Positions 56,928-64,000 of a DNA stretch of 64,000 bases are shown here, in pieces; position 1 is the stretch's first letter; every line of letters starts with the position of its first letter. Where the stretch lies: positions 479,674 to 543,673 of the forward strand of contig JACKOQ010000001.1 of NCBI GenBank assembly GCA_024234215.1. The letters are read 5' to 3'. Made by a program: the position numbers and the translations under genes. Source of the stretch: Pseudomonadales bacterium (GTDB lineage Bacteria; Pseudomonadota; Gammaproteobacteria; Pseudomonadales; UBA5862). A model generated the notes under the pieces. It saw only the letters and a list, made by a program, of their open reading frames with translations, was not told the DNA's origin and did no database searches.

Positions 56928-57761
56928 ATGTCCGAGCAGCAGGCCGCCACGCTCATCCGCGTCGAGCAGGGTGACGACTTCGTTGCCCTGGTCGAGCTGT
57001 GCAATCCCCCGTTCAACTTCTTCGAACTGGGCATGGTGCAGGCGCTGGGCAATGCCTTCGACCGGCTCGATGCCGACCCCGACTGCCGCGCCATCGTGCT
57101 GGCGGCGGCCGGTCAGGCCTTCTGCGCCGGCGCCAACTTCGGTGATGGCCGCGACACCGACAACGCGCTGGGTGGCGTGCCGCAGCAGGGCGCGGTGACA
57201 GCCGGTGCTGGCTTCAGCTTCAGCTCGGCGCGACTCTATGAGCAGGCGGTGCGGCTGTTCGGCAACCGCAAGCCGATCGTCGCGGCCATCCATGGCGCCG
57301 CGATCGGCGGTGGTCTGGGGCTGGCACTGGTGGCCGATTTTCGCGTCACCTGCCCGCAGGCGCGCTTCAGCGCCAACTTCACCCAGTTGGGCATCCACCC
57401 CGGTTTTGGTCTGACCCACACGCTGCCGGCGCTGATCGGTCCGCAGCGGGCGCAGTGGCTGTTCTACACCGGCGGTCGCATCAAGGGCGACGAGGCCGTT
57501 GCCATCGGCCTGGCCGACCGGCTGGTGGAGCAGGATCAGGTGCGCGACACGGCCCGGGCGATGGCCCGCGAGATTGCCGCCGCCGCGCCGCTGGCGGTGG
57601 TGTCGCTGCGACAGACGCTGCGGATGGGACTGGCCGAGCGGGTGCGGGCGGCCACCCAGCGCGAGCAGCAGGAGCAGGCCTGGCTGATCCAGACCGCCGA
57701 CGCCCGTGAGGGCATGAGCGCCAGCTTTGCCCGGCGCACGCCCCGGTTCGAGGCGCGCTGA
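56928..57761 (+). CDS. Enoyl-CoA hydratase/isomerase (crotonase) family protein
   Basis: AFCAGANFGD...KPIVAAIHGAAIGGGLGLALVADFRV. GGAG lies upstream of the ATG at 56928. Confidence 0.85.
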   Translation: MSEQQAATLIRVEQGDDFVALVELCNPPFNFFELGMVQALGNAFDRLDADPDCRAIVLAAAGQAFCAGANFGDGRDTDNALGGVPQQGAVTAGAGFSFSSARLYEQAVRLFGNRKPIVAAIHGAAIGGGLGLALVADFRVTCPQARFSANFTQLGIHPGFGLTHTLPALIGPQRAQWLFYTGGRIKGDEAVAIGLADRLVEQDQVRDTARAMAREIAAAAPLAVVSLRQTLRMGLAERVRAATQREQQEQAWLIQTADAREGMSASFARRTPRFEAR

Positions 57762-57963
57762 ACCGGCGCGCCCATCCATCCTCTTCCTGTCATCACCCCA
57801 TCACTGCCAGCGGGCCGCGCGGCCGGCCGTGCGGCTGTCCGATTGAAATTGGCTATCGCGCCCATTTAAAAATTGAATTGGCCGGCGCCGACCGGCGTCG
57901 ATAGAGTGGCCACCGTCATCTTTCGTGACGTTTTGTCCCGCTTTCTCATCGGAGTACTGAAGT

Positions 57964-58530
57964 ATGCAGAGTCTCATCAACAGCGAAATCAAGCCGTTCA
58001 AGGCAATGATGTTCCATGACGGCAAATTTTCCGAGGTCAGCGATGCCGATCTGAAGGGCAAGTGGTCGGTGCTGTTTTTCTATCCGGCCGATTTCACCTT
58101 CGTCTGCCCGACCGAGCTGGGCGACCTGGCCGACAATTACGCCGAGTTCCAGAAGCTGAATGTGGAGATCTATTCGGTGTCGACCGACACCCACTTTACC
58201 CACAAGGCGTGGCATGACACCTCCGAGACCATCGGCAAGATCAGGTACCCGATGATCGGCGATCCCACTGGCACCCTGACCCGCAATTTCGGGGTGATGA
58301 TCGAGGAGGCCGGTCTGGCCGAGCGGGGTACCTTCGTGATCGATCCGCAGGGCCGCATCCAGATCATCGAAATCAATGCCGGTGGCATCGGTCGGGATGC
58401 CGGGGAGCTGCTGCGCAAGGTGAAGGCGGCGCAGTATGTGGCGAACCACCCCGGCGAGGTCTGCCCGGCGAAGTGGAAGGAGGGTGAAGCCACACTGGCG
58501 CCCTCGCTCGATCTGGTGGGCAAGATCTGA
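57964..58530 (+). CDS. ahpC: Alkyl hydroperoxide reductase subunit C (2-Cys peroxiredoxin)
   Basis: [15 protein letters not shown] (peroxidatic Cys) and EVCPAKW (resolving Cys). Confidence 0.95.
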   Translation: MQSLINSEIKPFKAMMFHDGKFSEVSDADLKGKWSVLFFYPADFTFVCPTELGDLADNYAEFQKLNVEIYSVSTDTHFTHKAWHDTSETIGKIRYPMIGDPTGTLTRNFGVMIEEAGLAERGTFVIDPQGRIQIIEINAGGIGRDAGELLRKVKAAQYVANHPGEVCPAKWKEGEATLAPSLDLVGKI

Positions 58531-58576
58531 TGATGCCTGTCCCTCCCAGCGGGCGGGGCAGCCGAATCTGAACCGA

Positions 58577-58614
58577 GGCGTCGGCCGCCGTGCGGCTGCC
58601 GGCGCCTTTTTGTT
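58577..58614 (+). terminator. Probable partial terminator/attenuator between ahpC and ahpF
   Basis: Imperfect GC-rich hairpin GGCGTCGGCCGCC..GGCTGCCGGCGCC followed by TTTTTGTT. Confidence 0.45.
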
Positions 58615-58643
58615 GCCATGCAAATTCATGGCGGGAGATTCTG

Positions 58644-60206
58644 ATGCTCGACAACAGCCTCAAGGCACAATTGAAAGGCTTTCTGGAGCGACTGGTCGCT
58701 CCGATCGAACTGGTGGCCTCGCTCGACCAGAGCACCAAATCACAGGAGCTGCACCAGCTCCTCACCGAGATCAGCGAGCTTTCCGACCAGGTTCGGCTGC
58801 GCGAGGATGGCAGTGATGCCCGTCGACCCTCGTTCAGTGTTGGGCGACTCGATCAGCCGGCGCGCATCCGTTTTGCCGGGCTGCCGCTGGGCCACGAGTT
58901 CACATCGCTGGTGCTGGCGCTGTTGCAGGCCAGCGGCTATCCGCCAAAGATTTCCGACGAGCAGGCGGCAAGGATCGCGGCCCTCAGAGGTCGACACCGC
59001 TTCGAGAGCTATGTGTCGCTGTCGTGCCACAACTGTCCTGATGTGGTGCAGGCGCTCAATGTGCTGGCGGCGCTGAATCCGGACATCGAGCATGTGATGA
59101 TCGATGGCGCGCTGTTTCAGGATGAGGTCGATGCGCGCCAGGTGCTGGCGGTGCCGACGCTCTACCTCGATGGCGAGCCCTTCGGCAGCGGACGCATGAC
59201 CCTCGATGAGCTGATTGCCCGGCTGGATGAAGGGAGCGCCGTGCGCGAGGCCGAGCGACTCTCCGGGCAGCCGCCCTATGAACTTCTGGTGGTGGGTGGT
59301 GGGCCGGCTGCCGCGGCGGCCGCCATCTATGCGGCGCGCAAGGGCGTTCGCACTGGTGTGGTCGCCGAGCGGTTCGGTGGGCAACTGCTCGATACCCTGG
59401 CGATCGAGAATCTGATTGCAGTGGCGCATACCGAGGGGCCGACGCTGGCGCGCACGCTGGAGGCGCATCTTCGGCAGCACCAGGTCGACATCATCAACCT
59501 CCAGCGTGCCGATGCGCTGATTCCGGGCGCGCCCGGCGGCTACCACAGCCTGAAACTGTACAGTGGGGCCGAACTGAGGGCGAAAAGCCTGATCATCGCC
59601 ACAGGAGCGCGCTGGCGCGAGCTGAATGTGCCAGGCGAGCGCGAATACCGCGGCAAGGGGGTGGCCTACTGCCCGCACTGCGATGGACCGCTGTTCAAGG
59701 GCAAGCGTGTTGCCGTGGTGGGCGGCGGCAACTCGGGCGTCGAGGCGGCGATCGATCTGGCCGGCATCGTCAGCCAGGTCACGCTGATCGAGTTCGACAG
59801 TACGCTGCGGGCCGATGCGGTGTTGCAGGAAAAGCTTCGCAGCCTGCCCAATGTCAGCGTGATCACCCGTGCGCAGAGCAGGCAGATCAGCGGTGAGGCC
59901 GGCCGGGTCAACGGACTGCTCTACACCGATCGCGCCACCGGTCAGAGCCGGCAGATCGCGCTGGAAGGAGTGTTTGTGCAGATCGGCCTGCTGCCCAACA
60001 CCGACTGGCTGAAGGGGGTCGTCGAGCTGTCGCGCAGTGGCGAGATCATCGTCGATGCCCGCGGACAGACCAACGTCGCGGGTGTGTTCGGTGCCGGCGA
60101 CTGCACCACTGTGCCTTACAAACAGATCGTCATCGCGATGGGCGAAGGAGCCAAGGCCAGTCTGACCGCCTTCGATTACCTGATCCGCACTTCTGCGCCT
60201 GCCTGA
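58644..60206 (+). CDS. ahpF: Alkyl hydroperoxide reductase subunit F
   Basis: CHNCPD and CPHCDG redox centres, FAD motif [17 protein letters not shown] motif [14 protein letters not shown]. Start at MLDNSL (58644). Confidence 0.93.
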   Translation: MLDNSLKAQLKGFLERLVAPIELVASLDQSTKSQELHQLLTEISELSDQVRLREDGSDARRPSFSVGRLDQPARIRFAGLPLGHEFTSLVLALLQASGYPPKISDEQAARIAALRGRHRFESYVSLSCHNCPDVVQALNVLAALNPDIEHVMIDGALFQDEVDARQVLAVPTLYLDGEPFGSGRMTLDELIARLDEGSAVREAERLSGQPPYELLVVGGGPAAAAAAIYAARKGVRTGVVAERFGGQLLDTLAIENLIAVAHTEGPTLARTLEAHLRQHQVDIINLQRADALIPGAPGGYHSLKLYSGAELRAKSLIIATGARWRELNVPGEREYRGKGVAYCPHCDGPLFKGKRVAVVGGGNSGVEAAIDLAGIVSQVTLIEFDSTLRADAVLQEKLRSLPNVSVITRAQSRQISGEAGRVNGLLYTDRATGQSRQIALEGVFVQIGLLPNTDWLKGVVELSRSGEIIVDARGQTNVAGVFGAGDCTTVPYKQIVIAMGEGAKASLTAFDYLIRTSAPA

Positions 60207-60274
60207 TTCCGTGGCCGCGGTTGCGGCGAGCCGACCAGTTCCATAGACTGGTTCGCACACATGGAGGGAGCGAC

Positions 60275-60514
60275 ATGAAAAACATCGGTGCCTACGAGGC
60301 GAAAACCCATTTTTCCAGGCTGCTGCAGGAGGTCATGGCCGGTGATGGCTACATCATCACCCATCGCGGACAGCCGGTGGCGCAGTTGCTGCCGATCGGT
60401 CGCGAGACCGGTCAGCGGGCCGTGCCGCAGGTGATCGCCGACATTCGGGCGCTGGCGCCGAGCGGTGGCGAGACGGTCGATCTGAAAAAACTGCGTCTGG
60501 AGGGACGGCGATGA
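60275..60514 (+). CDS. Phd/YefM-family antitoxin
   Basis: MKNIGAYEAKTHFSRLLQEV..GYIITHRGQPVAQLLP. GGAGGGA lies upstream. 4-nt overlap with the PIN gene. Confidence 0.8.
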   Translation: MKNIGAYEAKTHFSRLLQEVMAGDGYIITHRGQPVAQLLPIGRETGQRAVPQVIADIRALAPSGGETVDLKKLRLEGRR

Positions 60515-60924
60515 ATTTCGTGCTCGATTCGTCGGTGACGCTGCCGTGGTTCTTCAAGAATGACCTCACCGGCTATGCCGATGCAGTGCTCGAACAGTTG
60601 CAGAGCAACCAGGTGCTGGTGCCACGCCTGTGGTATGAAGAGGTGGCCAACATCCTGCTGTCATGGGAACGACAGCGGGGGCAGAGCTCGCCGGAGGCCG
60701 AGCGCTTCATGGCCTGGTTGACCGAACTGCCGATCAAGGTGGCGGATGACAACTCGCCGCGCACCTTCAACCGCATCTATCAACTGGCACACAAATATCG
60801 CATTTCAGCTTATGACGGCGTCTATCTCGAACTGGCGATCCGTGAGGGGTTGCCGCTGGCGACACTCGACACCAAACTGAAACGGGCGGCCGAGAGCGCC
60901 AAGGTTGGCGTCTTTTCGGTCTGA
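60511..60924 (+). CDS. vapC: PIN-domain toxin VapC
   Basis: FVLDSSVTLPWF...WYEEVANIL...SAYDGVYLELA...LATLDTKL. Confidence 0.8.
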   Translation: MNFVLDSSVTLPWFFKNDLTGYADAVLEQLQSNQVLVPRLWYEEVANILLSWERQRGQSSPEAERFMAWLTELPIKVADDNSPRTFNRIYQLAHKYRISAYDGVYLELAIREGLPLATLDTKLKRAAESAKVGVFSV

Positions 60925-60955
60925 CGTCACAGGATTCCTCAGCCAGCCTGACCGT

Positions 60956-61192
60956 TCAGGCCAGAATATCGAGCAGACTGCCGACCCGTTGGTTTTCGGC
61001 CTCGATCACCTTGATGCCGAGTCTGGCATCACGTTCGACCAGCTTCAGTCCTGTCAGTGCGTCGGTCATCTGATTGACTTCCGATGTGTTGCCTTCGGCA
61101 CTGAGCCGGGCCAGGGTGTTGGCATGGCGATTCAACTGCTGCTCGGCCCGTTGCAGGATGCCAAGGCCGCTGGCGATTGGCGTGATCATCAT
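60956..61192 (-). CDS. Small helical hypothetical protein (78 aa)
   Basis: The ORF has coding-like composition. The C-terminal segment EVNQMTDALTGLKLVERDARLGIKVIEAENQRVGSLLDILA resembles the C-terminal motif of flagellar rod/hook proteins or YjfB-like small proteins. The resemblance is weak and unverified. Confidence 0.4.
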   Translation of the reverse strand: MMITPIASGLGILQRAEQQLNRHANTLARLSAEGNTSEVNQMTDALTGLKLVERDARLGIKVIEAENQRVGSLLDILA

Positions 61193-61497
61193 CGCTTCGC
61201 TCCGCTATTGAACATGTTCGGCAAGATAGAACGCCAATGCGGCTGCCGCGAGCAGAAATGGTCGAGGATGAGAACGGGTTGGCATTATCGGGTCTGGTCG
61301 CCAGGGTGGCACGCTTCAGTCCCTTCGCGACAGCAGGCAGTGCCTGCTCACCGGATTCAAGTCTGCACAGGCGCGCGTGCGGGCTGCTCCACGGGGCAGG
61401 GGCTTTTCAGCATGAACGAGATGAGGTAAACAGAGCACTGCCAGTTTGGCCCGGCCGAAAAGCCGGGGACGGATTGAAACAGCCAAGGAGTTGCGAC

Positions 61498-62013
61498 ATG
61501 GCCACCTTCGACCCCGCCTTTGACAAGATGATCCGCAACGAAGGCGGGTTCAAACTCACCCACATCGAGGGCGACCGTGGCGGGCAGACCTACGCCGGCA
61601 TCGCCCGCAATGCCCACCCCGACTGGCCGGGCTGGCGCTACGTTGATGCCAATGACCTGACTCAGGTCGAGCTGACCCAGAGCGTGCGTGACTTCTACCG
61701 CCGCGAATTCTGGAACCGCATCGGCGGAGACGCCATCACCCATCAGACCATTGCCGAGACCCTGTTCGACTTTGCCGTCAACGCCGGCAGCGGCACGGCT
61801 GCCAAGTTGGCGCAGATCGTGGTGGGGGTGGTGCCGGATGGCGGCATCGGTCCCAAGACGCTGACCGCACTCAACGGCTGTGAGCCAGAGCTGTTCGCGC
61901 TCAAGTACGCGCTGGCCAAGGTGTCGCGCTATGCGGAAATCTGCAACCGCGACCGGACGCAGAGCAAATTCCTACTCGGCTGGATCAACCGCACGCTGAA
62001 GGAGCTGACATGA
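61498..62013 (+). CDS. GH108-family lysozyme with PG_binding_3-type C-terminal domain (phage/GTA-type endolysin)
   Basis: MIRNEGGFKLTHIEGDRGGQTYAGI matches the EGGY..D.GG.T..GI catalytic motif, and the C-terminal DGGIGPKTLTAL is a peptidoglycan-binding motif. AAGGAG lies upstream of the ATG at 61498. The track ORF start at 61237 is rejected. Confidence 0.8.
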   Translation: MATFDPAFDKMIRNEGGFKLTHIEGDRGGQTYAGIARNAHPDWPGWRYVDANDLTQVELTQSVRDFYRREFWNRIGGDAITHQTIAETLFDFAVNAGSGTAAKLAQIVVGVVPDGGIGPKTLTALNGCEPELFALKYALAKVSRYAEICNRDRTQSKFLLGWINRTLKELT

Positions 62014-62438
62014 ATCTGTTAGGCATCGGCGAAATCATCGGCGGGGTCGGCAAGATCGCCGATGACCTGATCACCACCGACAAGGAGCGGCTGACACTGG
62101 CGATCGAGGAGAAGAAGATCGAAGCCGGGCTGATCCAGTCGCAGGTCGAGGTCAACAAGGTCGAGGCGCAGCACGCCAGCGTCTTCGTGGCCGGCTGGCG
62201 ACCGTTCATCGGCTGGGTCGGCGGCTTCGGCATGGCCTACCAGTTTCTGCTCTACCCACTGCTGACGTGGGTCTGGCCGATCCTGATCGCACGCGGCACG
62301 CTGCCGGCCGGCACCACCATCCCGCCAGTGCTCGATGGTGATGTGCTGTTCGCAATGGTCAGCGGACTGCTCGGCATCGCCGGGATGCGCAGCTTCGACA
62401 AGATGAAGGGGACCGACCTGAAGATGGTCGGTCGCTGA
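62010..62438 (+). CDS. 3TM holin (gene-transfer-agent/phage holin family)
   Basis: N-terminal soluble coil (IADDLITTDKERLTLAIEEKK), then the FVAGWRPFIGWVGG motif and three hydrophobic spans. ATGA overlap with the endolysin. Confidence 0.7.
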   Translation: MNLLGIGEIIGGVGKIADDLITTDKERLTLAIEEKKIEAGLIQSQVEVNKVEAQHASVFVAGWRPFIGWVGGFGMAYQFLLYPLLTWVWPILIARGTLPAGTTIPPVLDGDVLFAMVSGLLGIAGMRSFDKMKGTDLKMVGR

Positions 62439-62453
62439 GTCGATCGGCCGTGC

Positions 62454-63101
62454 CTACTTCAGCAGGTTGGCGATGGTCTGGTGGTAGCGCTCGATCGCCT
62501 CGAGCAGACTGGAAGCGCCCATGCCGAGGTCGCGCAGCAGGCCATCCTCGATGCCGTAGATCCAGCCGTTGATGGTCAGCGGCTGGCCGCGGTCCCAGGC
62601 ATCCTGCACCACGGTGGTCTGGCTGACATTCAGCACCTGTTCGATGACGTTGAGTTCGCACATCCGGCGAATGCGCTCCTGATCGCAGTCGATCGCATTC
62701 ACCGTGCCGGCGTGCTTCTGATGGACATCCTGCACATAGCGCAGCCAGTTGTCGATCAGACCGAGCTTGTTCCGGCGCACGGCCGACTGCACGCCGCCAC
62801 AGCCATAGTGGCCGCAGACGATGATGTGCTTCACCTGCAGCACGTCGGTGGCGTACTGCATCACCGACAGGCAGTTGAGGTCAGTGTGGCCCACCACATT
62901 GGCGACATTGCGGTGCACGAAGAGCTCGCCCGGCAGCAGCCCGACGATCTCATTGGCTGGCACCCGGCTGTCGGAGCAGCCGATCCAGAGATATTCCGGC
63001 GCCTGCTGGGCGGAGAGACGATGGAAGAAGTCTGGATCCTGTGCGGTCATCGAGGCTGCCCAGCGGCTGTTGTTGGTGAACAGGTTGGTCAGATCGGACA
63101 T
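62454..63101 (-). CDS. can: Beta-class carbonic anhydrase
   Basis: YLWIGCSDSRVPAN...FVHRNVANV...IIVCGHYGCGGV. Start at MSDLTN (63101). Confidence 0.9.
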   Translation of the reverse strand: MSDLTNLFTNNSRWAASMTAQDPDFFHRLSAQQAPEYLWIGCSDSRVPANEIVGLLPGELFVHRNVANVVGHTDLNCLSVMQYATDVLQVKHIIVCGHYGCGGVQSAVRRNKLGLIDNWLRYVQDVHQKHAGTVNAIDCDQERIRRMCELNVIEQVLNVSQTTVVQDAWDRGQPLTINGWIYGIEDGLLRDLGMGASSLLEAIERYHQTIANLLK

Positions 63102-63255
63102 GGGGAACTCCTGGATCGGTTGAACGGCGAGGTTGTCATCGATGAGGCTGGCGCGGCATTCTAGGGCAAAATCGGCCGCTTGGGTCCGCGCCAGGGCTGA
63201 GTTCCCGGTGTCAGGTGTTTGGGGTTGATTGGAACAATTGCCTGTTACAGGAGCC

Positions 63256-64000
63256 ATGCAGATGAATCAGAGCGTGAATCCAGCCCTCATCGGGCAGGGC
63301 GATCAGGTCGGGCAGCTGCGTGCGCTGCTCGATCGGCAGCGGCAGGCGTTCAATGCGCGGCCACCATCGGACCATCGCGAGCGCATTGCCCGGCTCGATG
63401 CGCTCGCCGCTGGCATCGGTCGTCATCAGCAGGCGCTGGTCGATGCGGTGATGGCCGATTTTGGCCACCGTTCCCGCCATGAGACGCTGATCAGCGAGGT
63501 GATCAGTGCGCTCGGGGAGATTCGCTTCACCAAGGCCAAGCTGAAGGGCTGGATGAAACAGCGGCGGGTGCGGCCGACGGTACAGAGTCTCGGCTCGGTC
63601 GGCCGGATTCTCTATCAGCCCAAGGGGGTGATCGGCATCATGGGTGCCTGGAACTATCCGGCAGCGCTCTGCTTCTCGCCAATGATCGGCGCCATTGCCG
63701 CCGGCAACCACATGCTGGTCAAACCCTCCGACCTGACGCCGCGCACCGCCGAGGTGATCCGGCAACTGGTGGCGGAAACCTTCGAGGAAAGCTACTGCGC
63801 GGTCGTCACTGGCGATGTCGGCGTCTCGGTGCTGTTCAGCACGCTGCCCTTTGACCACCTGCTCTACACTGGCGGCACCGCAGTGGGCTGTCAGGTGATG
63901 CAGGCCGCGGCCCGCAATCTGACCCCGGTCACGCTGGAGATGGGCGGCAAATCCCCGACCTTGATCGGCGAGCGGTTCCCGATGGCGCGGGCGGTGCAGA
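63256..64000 (+). CDS. Aldehyde dehydrogenase family protein (coniferyl-aldehyde DH-like), 5' part; continues past window end
   Basis: ATG at 63256 after CAGGAG. The frame is open to the edge. GAWNYPAALCFSPMIGAIAAGN...LEMGGKSP. Not in the track because it runs off the edge. Confidence 0.8.
   Translation, partial: MQMNQSVNPALIGQGDQVGQLRALLDRQRQAFNARPPSDHRERIARLDALAAGIGRHQQALVDAVMADFGHRSRHETLISEVISALGEIRFTKAKLKGWMKQRRVRPTVQSLGSVGRILYQPKGVIGIMGAWNYPAALCFSPMIGAIAAGNHMLVKPSDLTPRTAEVIRQLVAETFEESYCAVVTGDVGVSVLFSTLPFDHLLYTGGTAVGCQVMQAAARNLTPVTLEMGGKSPTLIGERFPMARAVQ

Noticed and set aside
61237-61497. The 87-codon N-terminal extension of the endolysin ORF given in the track (start at 61237).
   Set aside because: The extension has no lysozyme-related sequence and is Arg/Ala/Gly-rich. 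The internal ATG at 61498 has a good AAGGAG Shine-Dalgarno sequence and begins right at the GH108 domain.
60200-63300. An intact or cryptic prophage around the lysis cassette.
   Set aside because: No terminase, portal, capsid, tail, repressor or integrase ORFs are present. The flanking genes are ordinary chromosomal genes.
1-64000. CRISPR arrays, rRNA genes, IS elements, or large tandem or inverted repeats.
   Set aside because: Reading through the intergenic regions revealed none. The only repeats noted are short (9-13 bp) promoter-proximal repeats and terminator hairpins. A computational repeat scan would be needed to be definitive.

Overview
High-G+C proteobacterial chromosome segment, almost fully coding (about 68 protein genes and 1 tRNA). 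I recognised no rRNA, CRISPR array, transposase or integrase. Gene calls rest on reading the supplied translations for family motifs, so no database search was run and family names are recognition-based. Many long ORFs in the track are wrong-frame or antisense artefacts of the high G+C.

Left end (1-18754): divergent pilB and pilA, then a 17-kb block of 18 genes ending exactly at tRNA-Thr(CGU). In Pseudomonas aeruginosa this interval holds only 0-2 pilin accessory genes. The block contains:
- a TMTC/PMT-like GT-C glycosyltransferase with a TPR tail, directly behind the pilin terminator
- a DPM1/ArnC-like polyprenyl-phosphate glycosyltransferase
- a Wzx-type flippase
- a CDP-glucose pathway: RfbF, RfbG, an RmlC-like epimerase, a sugar C-methyltransferase, a DegT aminotransferase and a PurN-like formyltransferase
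- WbqC and a CmcI-type methyltransferase
- three further glycosyltransferases and two class I methyltransferases
- an embedded VapBC toxin-antitoxin pair

I read this block as a candidate, apparently undescribed pilin (protein) O-glycosylation system. It follows Arn-pathway logic but uses a CDP-linked, C-methylated, N-formylated amino-6-deoxyhexose.

Rest of the window: mostly housekeeping genes.
- divergent Pat-type acetyltransferase and HDAC-family deacetylase
- pfk, mpl, ubiX, tusA, mobA
- yoaA/dinG, tsaB, rsmJ, mnmC
- a DASS transporter, a GGDEF protein, msrA, ald
- an SCP-x thiolase, mlaA, a PilZ protein
- two-subunit pyruvate carboxylase, chrA, hslVU, ahpCF

Near the right end there is a Phd/VapC pair and an orphan GH108 endolysin plus 3TM holin cassette, with no phage structural genes in view.
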